NCBI GenBank assembly: GCA_963796635.1
Contig: CAWCMH010000001.1
Coordinates: forward strand, 1,045,769-1,109,768
Reading direction: 5' to 3'
Length of the DNA stretch: 64,000 bases
DNA from: an uncultured Gemmatimonadales bacterium
Lineage (GTDB): Bacteria; Gemmatimonadota; Gemmatimonadetes; Gemmatimonadales; GWC2-71-9
The notes under the pieces were generated by a model. It was not told the DNA's origin. It made no database searches and saw only the letters and a program-made list of their open reading frames with translations. Position 1 is the stretch's first letter; every line of letters starts with the position of its first letter. This document shows positions 38,149 to 45,404 of the stretch, piece after piece. The translations under genes and the position numbers were made by a program.

Positions 38149-39486
38149 ATGACAACCCCCGTTCGCGCCGCACCCGCCACCGGCGATGGCTACAACACGT
38201 TGCGCGACCCACTGACCCCGCTCGCGTGCTGGCGCATGGACGACATCAATTTCACGTTCGGTACGTCGTTCATCACGGCCGGTGCGAAGGCTGGTTTTGC
38301 CCATCTCGCCCTGGTCCGTCGCGATCACGCCGGCGCGCTGCTGGCCCTCTTCGGTCACGCCGATCCGGTCGGCCAGGACGACCCGAACAAGGAGCTGAGC
38401 GGTCGGCGCGCGATCTCGGTGTTCGCCACGTTGACGCGCAACACCGCGCTGTGGGAATCGCTGTACAGTCACGGCGCCGGCAGCGATACCTGGACCGACG
38501 CCAACCTCGATGCCATGCACATCGTCCTCGGCCGCTCACCCGCCGCGCCGGACACGTACGCCACGCCGGCGGCACGCGCCGAATTGTTCCGCGCGTACAT
38601 GGGCCTGCTCTGTCGCGACATCGATGATGTGCCCTACCAGCTCGATGCGGCCGCCGATTTCCTGGGCAAGGGCGGCGATGCCGGTCTGCGTGGTGCCTGT
38701 CAGGGGTGCAGCGAATTCAACCCGGTGCTGATCTTTTCAAAAGCTGAAGCGTCCGCGTACGACGCCGATCACGACACCACGGCGCGCGACACCGACAACG
38801 CTCCCAATCGCCGGGTCGTGGGGTTGCTGTTTCCGGCCACGACGGTGATCGACCTGGCTCGCTGGCCGTGCCCGGCGCCCAAGACCGGCGCGGCAAGCTG
38901 CCGCAAGCGGTTCTGGTCGGACGCGGCCACGCGGCGCGCGCACCAGGACCATCGGCGCACGTTTGCGACCGATCGCGACACCTACGCGTGCCGGTTCTAC
39001 GAGCGCCTGCTGACCAGCCTGCCGTGCAACGCCCACGGACCCCTTGTGGTGACACGACTGATGCTGCAGCGGTATCCGGGCGTCGTCACCGGCGGCGACG
39101 CGCCGGGGATCGCGGACATTCCGTATGTGGTCAACATTGTCGGCGTCGCGGAACGGAGCGGCAAGACTGCCGCCGATGGTGGTGTCACGCTCATGATGGA
39201 ACCGGACGCCACCGCCATCGTCACCGTGTTCGATTCGGTTTTTCATGTCACGGCGCCGCCGGCGCTCGACGCGCTGGGCACCGTGCGCGGCGCACAGCGT
39301 CGGCTCGACCTCCTCGGGTATGAGCCGGATGATCCGGACGGCACGGTCGACCCGGCCACCGACCGCGCCATCCTGCAGTATCAGTCCGATCAGGGACTGG
39401 ATCCCGACGGCGACCAGCCGATCGACACAACCGGCAAGCCCTCGGACGCGCTGAGCCAACGGCTGCAGCACGATACGGGCGTCTGA
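38149..39486 (+). CDS. Protein with an N-terminal OmpA_C-like domain, a Cys-rich middle and a C-terminal PG_binding_1-like domain; no signal peptide seen
   Basis: ATG 38149. INFTFGTSFITAGAKAGFAHLALV..LLALFGHADPVGQDDPNKELSGRRAISVFATL (OmpA-C pattern GhtD..G....N..LS..RA). The C-terminus reads VRGAQRRLDLLGYEPDDPDGTVDPATDRAILQYQSDQGLDPDGD. Confidence 0.6.
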   Translation: MTTPVRAAPATGDGYNTLRDPLTPLACWRMDDINFTFGTSFITAGAKAGFAHLALVRRDHAGALLALFGHADPVGQDDPNKELSGRRAISVFATLTRNTALWESLYSHGAGSDTWTDANLDAMHIVLGRSPAAPDTYATPAARAELFRAYMGLLCRDIDDVPYQLDAAADFLGKGGDAGLRGACQGCSEFNPVLIFSKAEASAYDADHDTTARDTDNAPNRRVVGLLFPATTVIDLARWPCPAPKTGAASCRKRFWSDAATRRAHQDHRRTFATDRDTYACRFYERLLTSLPCNAHGPLVVTRLMLQRYPGVVTGGDAPGIADIPYVVNIVGVAERSGKTAADGGVTLMMEPDATAIVTVFDSVFHVTAPPALDALGTVRGAQRRLDLLGYEPDDPDGTVDPATDRAILQYQSDQGLDPDGDQPIDTTGKPSDALSQRLQHDTGV

Positions 39487-39489
39487 CGC

Positions 39490-40638
39490 GTGCTCGAAGT
39501 CGCCGGGTTCGGTGCCAAGCGGATCGTGCTCGCGCGCTTCTTTCGCGCGGTGTCCGGTGATCCCGTCAACGACGCGCCCGACGTCGACGAACGCGGCTAT
39601 GCCGCGCCATATCGGGGACCAATCGTCGCCGTCGCGGCAGGCCGGACCGTGCGGGTCGCGCTCGCACGCATCAATCTCGAAGACGCGACGCCGTTGTTCG
39701 TGCAATCGAGTGACACGTCCGTCGTGACCGTCGCCGATCCGGCCGCGGGGCGACTGCCCGCCGCACACCGGGCGGAGATCAGCATCACAGGCGTCGATGG
39801 CGGGACCGATCATCGGGAGGCGAAGGTCGAGCTCCACATCGGCACGCCCAGTGGCCCGCTCATCCACACGCTGCACGTGCTGGTGCTCAAGCCACTGGTA
39901 GTGAGGATGACGCCACATCAGGTCACGATTGCGAGCGCCACGACCGCGGGCACGACACCAGTCGCCGACGTCGCCGCGATCATGGCGAAGGTGGCTGACA
40001 TCTGGGTGCACGCGGGGGTGACCATCACGGTGCTGCCGATCCAGGCGCATACCGTCGTGCTTCACACCGCCAATGTGTTGAACGACCACCCGCTGCCGGG
40101 GGAGGTGGGGACCATCGTCGCCAACCAGTGGCCCGGTGGCGCAACCAACTGGATCCCCGCCACGATCAACGCGTACTTCGTCAACCAGATCGGCACCGGC
40201 AATACGTTGGGGTACGGGTTCAGCCGGCAGTCGTTCAGCCGGTTCGGACTGCCGAATCCGGGTATCATCCTCGGCGATCGCACCGCCTCGACGACGCGCA
40301 GCGGACTGATTCATTACGCCAACGATCTCGCGCACGAGGTGGGACACTTCTTCACGTTATGGCACGCCGGGGGCAAGGAACCGCCCAACGAACGCGAGGA
40401 CACCTGGTCGCGGCGGATGTTGATGCACAACTTCAACGGCATGCGCGGCCACGACCCGTGGCCGGCCGCCATGTCGGACGGACAATTGTTCGCCCAGCGT
40501 CCGCGTTTCAACGACGCGGGCTACGGGACGCTGCGCCGCGGCTGCATGATCACGAACCGTCATCTCGTGCAGTTCAGCGGTGACGGCGAGTGCCTGGCGG
40601 CACGGGCGGCGATTCTCTCGGCAGCAGGGCCATATTGA
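39490..40638 (+). CDS. Zinc metalloprotease-like protein (HExxHxxxxxH, metzincin-type); candidate T6SS effector
   Basis: GTG 39490. No signal peptide. Big_2-like SSDTSVVTVADPAAG..EISITGVDGG. Catalytic-site-like LAHEVGHFFTLWHAGG. Confidence 0.6.
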   Translation: MLEVAGFGAKRIVLARFFRAVSGDPVNDAPDVDERGYAAPYRGPIVAVAAGRTVRVALARINLEDATPLFVQSSDTSVVTVADPAAGRLPAAHRAEISITGVDGGTDHREAKVELHIGTPSGPLIHTLHVLVLKPLVVRMTPHQVTIASATTAGTTPVADVAAIMAKVADIWVHAGVTITVLPIQAHTVVLHTANVLNDHPLPGEVGTIVANQWPGGATNWIPATINAYFVNQIGTGNTLGYGFSRQSFSRFGLPNPGIILGDRTASTTRSGLIHYANDLAHEVGHFFTLWHAGGKEPPNEREDTWSRRMLMHNFNGMRGHDPWPAAMSDGQLFAQRPRFNDAGYGTLRRGCMITNRHLVQFSGDGECLAARAAILSAAGPY

Positions 40639-40671
40639 TGGCGGCATGCCGGGAAGGCAGAGGAGGAGGTC

Positions 40672-41535
40672 ATGCCCATCGGGACCTGGTGGGGCGGATT
40701 ACTGTGCATCGTGCTCGCGGGTGGGGCCGCTGCGCAGGCGGCGCCCGCCCGCCCGCCGCGAGCGCACATGGCTGACTTGATCGCGCAGGTACGAGCCGCC
40801 GATCCGATGTCGGTGATCACGGCGCGCGCCGACGGCCCCGGCGCGGCCGCCGACCTGGTGCCGTTGACGCACGATGCCGATCCGCAGGTACGCGAAATCG
40901 CACTCCTGTGTCTCGCCGAAACGGGCGGGCCACCGGCCGTACCGGCCTTCCTCGCAAGCCTGGGCGACGGCGAGCCGGTCGTCCGGGCGACCGCGCTGCG
41001 CGGCCTGACCCGCCGGGCTGCGGCGGGGGATGTCCCCGCGATGCTCGCGGCGCTTCGTCGGGTCGAGGACCCCGGGACGCGCGCCGACCTGGTGCTACAG
41101 GTCGCCCGCCTGGGCACCCCGGCCGATCGTCCGGCGCTGGCGGATCGGTGTGCCGGCTGGCACGACGCGGAATCGACCACGGCGTGCGTCACCGCGCTGG
41201 CTTGGCTGGGCGACGACGCCGCCCGCCGCGATTTCACGAATCGGTTGATCGCGTCGCGCGATCGAACCCGTGCGCGCTATCTCGAGTATGCCGGGCAGAT
41301 TCACGCAGCGTGGCTGCTCCCGGCGCTGGCCGCCGTGCTCGCCGACACCGAGCCGGTGCGCTGGATCGGCGTCGACGGTGGACCACCGCCCGAGACACTG
41401 CGCGCGTGCGACGTCGCGGTGAATCTCATCGCGTCGATTACCGGCCATCGCTTCCGTTTTCCGGTCGCACCGGACCGCAACTACTCTGCGGCGGAAATCG
41501 CCGAAGTCCGCACCTTCGTCGCGGGCGCCCACTGA
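40672..41535 (+). CDS. Secreted HEAT-repeat protein; candidate cognate immunity/partner of the metalloprotease
   Basis: ATG 40672 after ggaggagg. Signal peptide WWGGLLCIVLAGGAAAQA. HEAT_2-like repeats DPQVREIALLCLAETGGPPAVPAFLASLGDGEPVVRATALRGL. Confidence 0.55.
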   Translation: MPIGTWWGGLLCIVLAGGAAAQAAPARPPRAHMADLIAQVRAADPMSVITARADGPGAAADLVPLTHDADPQVREIALLCLAETGGPPAVPAFLASLGDGEPVVRATALRGLTRRAAAGDVPAMLAALRRVEDPGTRADLVLQVARLGTPADRPALADRCAGWHDAESTTACVTALAWLGDDAARRDFTNRLIASRDRTRARYLEYAGQIHAAWLLPALAAVLADTEPVRWIGVDGGPPPETLRACDVAVNLIASITGHRFRFPVAPDRNYSAAEIAEVRTFVAGAH

Positions 41536-42167
41536 TGCCGCGCTATGTCGTCGTGCAAGGGGACTATCTCGCGACGATCGCGCAGGCGTTCGGCTTCGCC
41601 GATTACCGCACCATCTGGAATGATCCCGGCAATCAGGGCTTGCGCGCGCAGGGACGCACGCCCGACCTGCTGTACCCGGGCGACGCGCTCACAATTCCCG
41701 ATCGGTCGGCGGGCCAGGCGACCGGCGCCACCGGTCGGATGCACCAGTTCACCGCGCCCGCTCCCGGCCCGGTCAAGTTGCGGCTTGCGCTCCGCACCGC
41801 CGATGACCGCCCGCTCACCGGGCTTGCGTGCACGATCGCCGCCACCAACGTCCCGGCCGTGCAGCGGACCACTGATGGCAACGGTCACATCGAGTACGAC
41901 ATGGCCCCCGACGTTGACCGGCTGTACGTCGTGGCGACGGGGCACCAATGGGATATCGGTGTCGGGCACCTTGATCCGGTGAGCGAAGTCTCGGGGTGGC
42001 GCGAGCGCTTGAACAATCTGGGATATCAGGCAGGAGAATCGTCCGATCCGGATGCACTGGAGCTGCGGTCTGCCGTCGAGGAATTCCAGTGCGATCACGG
42101 GCTGCGAGTCGACGGCATCGCCGGGCCCGCCACGCAAAAGAAGCTCACCGAGGTGTACGGATGTTAG
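41535..42167 (+). CDS. LysM plus PG_binding_1 domain protein, no signal peptide
   Basis: ATG 41535 (TGATG overlap). N-terminal YVVVQGDYLATIAQAFGFADYRTIWNDPGN..LYPGDALTIP (LysM). C-terminal GWRERLNNLGYQAG..LRSAVEEFQCDHGLRVDGIAGPATQKKL. Confidence 0.7.
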   Translation: MPRYVVVQGDYLATIAQAFGFADYRTIWNDPGNQGLRAQGRTPDLLYPGDALTIPDRSAGQATGATGRMHQFTAPAPGPVKLRLALRTADDRPLTGLACTIAATNVPAVQRTTDGNGHIEYDMAPDVDRLYVVATGHQWDIGVGHLDPVSEVSGWRERLNNLGYQAGESSDPDALELRSAVEEFQCDHGLRVDGIAGPATQKKLTEVYGC

Positions 42168-42188
42168 CGGCGGCAAACGACCTGCCCG

Positions 42189-42217
42189 TTGACCGGTCAG
42201 CGGGGTAGCCGTAGACT
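42189..42217 (+). promoter_or_regulatory. Candidate sigma70-type promoter of the T6SS core operon
   Basis: TTGACC (42189-42194), 17 nt spacer, TAGACT (42212-42217). The -35 element is embedded in the perfect 10-bp palindrome TGACCGGTCA (42190-42199). About 140 nt upstream of the tssB ATG. Confidence 0.35.
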
Positions 42218-42230
42218 CCACCCGATCCAC

Positions 42231-42307
42231 GACGCGATGCGGACCCGATGTACCCCCCGGTGGCGACGCGATGCGCCTGACGCGCGCCGGCCGGGCGACG
42301 CGATACG
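42231..42307 (+). repeat. Three direct repeats GACGCGAT(G/A)CG spaced 34 and 32 bp apart in the tssB leader
   Basis: gacgcgatgcg at 42231-42241 and 42265-42275; gacgcgatacg at 42297-42307. Copies 2 and 3 extend to ggcgacgcgat(g/a)cgcc. Confidence 0.6.
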
Positions 42308-42360
42308 CCGCCGCGGGCATTCCTGTGTACCTGTGGTGCGACCCGTAAGGAGACTTCGAG

Positions 42361-42831
42361 ATGCCAGTCGTCAAGGTGACCCGCGCCGGCGTGCGTGCCG
42401 CGCCCCGCGAGGTGCCGACCGAGACCACCACCACCATCCTGCCGATGACCTTCGACCGCGTGGGGGAGGAATGTCAGGAGGATGAGGACCCGACCAAGGT
42501 CTCCTCGCTGGGCGAGGCGTTCGAGAAGTTTGCCCCCAAGCTCGACTTCAAGACGAATGTCGGCGAGGAAGGGACGGAGTTCGTCGCCGAACTCGACTTC
42601 CGGAGCCTCAAGGATTTCGATCCCAAGCAGATCCGGTCGCGCGCGCCGGGCAAGCGCAACGACATCGCCGACCTGCAGAGTCAGATCGATCTCCTCCACC
42701 GGATGCGCGAACGCTTCACCCTGCTGGCGGTGAAGAAGGCCTGGGAGAACGAAACGCAGCGCCAGGAGATCATCGGGGCGCTCGGCGAGTTGCAGGCCCA
42801 GCTCAAGCAGATTGCCGGAGGTGCGGCGTGA
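42361..42831 (+). CDS. tssB: T6SS contractile sheath small subunit TssB (VipA-like)
   Basis: ATG 42361 after taaggagac. 156 aa. ..AFEKFAPKLDFKTNV..FVAELDFRSLKDFDPKQI..LQSQIDLLHRMRERF resembles the TssB core. GTGA overlap into tssC. Confidence 0.75.
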   Translation: MPVVKVTRAGVRAAPREVPTETTTTILPMTFDRVGEECQEDEDPTKVSSLGEAFEKFAPKLDFKTNVGEEGTEFVAELDFRSLKDFDPKQIRSRAPGKRNDIADLQSQIDLLHRMRERFTLLAVKKAWENETQRQEIIGALGELQAQLKQIAGGAA

Positions 42832-44174
42832 GCGACAAGGTCATGGTCAAGTCGACCCAGGACATCATCGGGACGCGCACGGCCGCGAAGGCGATCGAGG
42901 AAATCTTCAACGTCATCCATCCGGCGCCGCCCAAGACGGCATTGCGCGACATCTTCACCGCCGAAAGCGCGTCGCAGTTCCAGGACCGCATTGCCAACTT
43001 CGCGGCATTGCTGTCCGCCACCGACAGTTACGCGCAGGCGCTCAAGAAACTGGACGACGCCATTGCGGCCGCCGAGAAGACGCGCGACGCGGTGTTGTCG
43101 CAGCTGTACGAGAAGATCCGTCCGATCGAGCGCAGCTATCGGCAGCTGCAGCTGTTCTTCGAGAATGCGGAGGTGCGCGACGGCGTGCAGCGCCCGCCGG
43201 TCGAGTTCTTCATCTTCAACGCCGACACCAAGGCGATCACCAAGGACACCGATTCGGCGACCATTGTCGCGCTCGATGAATTCGTCCAGGGGCGCAACGA
43301 TTCGTTCAACTTCCGCCAGTTCATCTGCAACCTGGTGGTGCCAGGCTACGTGCCGGACAACGTCCGCAAGCGCCTGGAAGACATGGCCAACCAGTGGGGC
43401 ATGCTGCTGATCGGGGACCTCAAGGACGAGAAGAACTTCCGCTCCTTGAGCGACCAGTTCCGCACCGATGGCGGCGCGTACGAATTCCTCAAGCGGCCCG
43501 AGGACAAGGCCGCGGCGGATGTCGTCGTCGCCGGCTTCGTCAAGCTGCGCGACAAGCACTGGTTCGAGCAGGCGGACGGCGACAGCGACGACGCCGACCT
43601 CTACGGTCCGGCGTCGATGCTCTTTGCCGGATCGCTGGCGCGCACCGACCGGACCACCGGCGGGGGCATCGCGCAGGGACCGGTGGGCATGATCTTCGGC
43701 AAGATCCGCGGCGTCGACAAGTCGCGCATCGAGCCGCGCATCTCGCAGATGGAGCACCTGTCGATGGAACGGCAGATCGTGACCATCATCCGCAACGAGG
43801 ACAACGATCTCTGCTTCGTCGGGTCACGGTCCCAGGCCGAAGATCCCAAGGGTGTGCTCAAGTTCTTCACGTCGTATCGCGTGTTGCGGTACCTCGAACG
43901 GCGCATCGCGGTCTACCTCCGCCGCGTCGCGGAACAGCGCCTGACCCGCGACCTGGTCAAGGACCAGGTGCGCAATCCGATCGAGGACTTCCTCGAAGAC
44001 GAGAAGAAGAAGGGCACCATCTACAACTATTCCCTCGACGTCGACATGGACGAGGACAAGTTCGCGATGGGGGTGCTCGATATCGGGCTCGAGGTCCTGC
44101 CGGTGGGCCCGGCCGAGACGTTCAACCTGAAGATCGACACGCCGAACTTCTCCAAGGCGAAGACCGAAGGATGA
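42828..44174 (+). CDS. tssC: T6SS contractile sheath large subunit TssC (VipB-like), short form (448 aa)
   Basis: GTG 42828. Position directly after tssB. The size and C-terminal region (..CFVGSRSQAEDPKGVLKFFTSYRVLRYLERRIAVYLRR..) are consistent with TssC. Family call by eye. Confidence 0.7.
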   Translation: MSDKVMVKSTQDIIGTRTAAKAIEEIFNVIHPAPPKTALRDIFTAESASQFQDRIANFAALLSATDSYAQALKKLDDAIAAAEKTRDAVLSQLYEKIRPIERSYRQLQLFFENAEVRDGVQRPPVEFFIFNADTKAITKDTDSATIVALDEFVQGRNDSFNFRQFICNLVVPGYVPDNVRKRLEDMANQWGMLLIGDLKDEKNFRSLSDQFRTDGGAYEFLKRPEDKAAADVVVAGFVKLRDKHWFEQADGDSDDADLYGPASMLFAGSLARTDRTTGGGIAQGPVGMIFGKIRGVDKSRIEPRISQMEHLSMERQIVTIIRNEDNDLCFVGSRSQAEDPKGVLKFFTSYRVLRYLERRIAVYLRRVAEQRLTRDLVKDQVRNPIEDFLEDEKKKGTIYNYSLDVDMDEDKFAMGVLDIGLEVLPVGPAETFNLKIDTPNFSKAKTEG

Positions 44175-44491
44175 CTGACGCGCCGGATGACCCGCCGCCG
44201 GATCTGCGATTCACCGAGCACGCGCGCCGGGACGTGAAGGTCGAGCGCGACCTCTCGGCGCCAGGGCACCTGGCGCGCGGCGATCACACCAACATGTCGC
44301 GGCTCAAGTTCACCGCGCGGGCGCGCCCGGCCAACCCGGGCGAGCGGGATCCGGAGTTCGTGGCACGCGAAGCGGCGTCAGAGGGGTCCGAGCCGCCGGT
44401 GACCCCCGCGGCACCGGAGCCGGAGCTGCCGCCCGTCGCGGAGGCCGCGCCCGGGTTGCTCGCTCGTCTGGGACGGCTGTTCGGCCAATAG
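44171..44491 (+). CDS. Hypothetical 106-aa Pro/Glu/Arg-rich, probably disordered protein between tssC and hcp
   Basis: ATG 44171 (ATGA overlap with the tssC stop). MTDAPDDPPPDLRFTEHARRDVKVERD..EPELPPVAEAAPGLLARLGRLFGQ. No recognisable domain. Confidence 0.45.
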   Translation: MTDAPDDPPPDLRFTEHARRDVKVERDLSAPGHLARGDHTNMSRLKFTARARPANPGERDPEFVAREAASEGSEPPVTPAAPEPELPPVAEAAPGLLARLGRLFGQ

Positions 44492-44524
44492 CGGCACGGC
44501 GATTTCACCCACCAAGGAGGCGAG

Positions 44525-45004
44525 ATGGCAGGGGCTACGTACAAGCGCGTGATGCTGGAGGTTGACAGCGTCAAGTGCTACCCGATGGAAGTGAAGTATG
44601 CGCTCAGCCGCCAGGCGAACAACGTCGGCCGTCGTGTCGGCGAGTCGCTGGCGGGCCGGGCGTATGTCTGGGTCGACGCGGCGCATGTCGACAACCTGTC
44701 ACAGGCGGATCAGGGCGAGCTGTGGAAGATGTCCACGGAAAGCAAGGACCCGCTGCACAAGGTGTCGATCACGTACTACCTCGATGACAGCGACAAGGTG
44801 CTTGCCAACATCGAGTTCATGGGGTGGGTGTCGGTCTTTCAGTTCAGCAACCCGAAGGTCTCGCTACCGCCGAGCGGCGGAGGACAGATGGGTGCCGTAT
44901 CCGCAACCACCACGGCGTCGGCGAGCTTCACGAACCTGCTCTACCTCGAACTGGCCGTCGTGCTGGACGAGACGAACGTCTCCAAGCACAAGTTCACGAA
45001 GTAG
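44525..45004 (+). CDS. hcp: Hcp/TssD-like inner tube protein (divergent)
   Basis: ATG 44525 after the strong SD aaggagg. 159 aa, beta-rich. Lies between the sheath and baseplate genes. Assigned mainly on size and position. Confidence 0.55.
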   Translation: MAGATYKRVMLEVDSVKCYPMEVKYALSRQANNVGRRVGESLAGRAYVWVDAAHVDNLSQADQGELWKMSTESKDPLHKVSITYYLDDSDKVLANIEFMGWVSVFQFSNPKVSLPPSGGGQMGAVSATTTASASFTNLLYLELAVVLDETNVSKHKFTK

Positions 45005-45013
45005 CCGGTCGCG

Positions 45014-45376
45014 ATGGACGGGCGCGCGCTGGCATTGCCGCTACGCATCACGCCCGACGGCCAGTTTGCGCGCGAAGACCCGGCCGAGGCGCTGCTGCGG
45101 CTGATTCAGGCCATGGTGGCCACCGGCACGGGCCACTGGCCGCACGCACCCTGGTTCGGGTTGCACGAGCGCTTCCTCGGTGTCAACGCCGACATCGAGG
45201 ACCACGTCGCGCTCGCCGACGCGCTCAACGAGGCGCTCGCCCATCTTGGCGTCGACTGGGCCCGGGTGCACCGGGTCCGCAGCGTGCGTGGGGCGGCGTA
45301 TGGCGAGCGGCGCTTCGACGTGACGCTGCACGTGGGCGACGAGCGCCGTCCGGTGTCGGCGGGTGTGACCACGTGA
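45014..45376 (+). CDS. tssE: TssE-like baseplate wedge protein (gp25/GPW fold)
   Basis: ATG 45014. 120 aa. ..EALLRLIQAMVATGTGHWPHAPWFGLHERF.. resembles the gp25 block (i..iL.T..GER...P.fG). Lies between hcp and vgrG. Confidence 0.55.
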   Translation: MDGRALALPLRITPDGQFAREDPAEALLRLIQAMVATGTGHWPHAPWFGLHERFLGVNADIEDHVALADALNEALAHLGVDWARVHRVRSVRGAAYGERRFDVTLHVGDERRPVSAGVTT

Positions 45377-45404
45377 CACCGGCCACTGCGACCAGGAGCG
45401 TGCC

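Noticed and set aside
36747-38212. Long versions of the two minus-strand ORFs (36747-37535 and 37070-38212)
   Set aside because: Their upstream halves are antisense to PAAR or out of frame with DUF4123, and they are Arg/Gly-rich. They were trimmed to the internal ATGs at 37073 and 37624, which form an ATGA-coupled pair.
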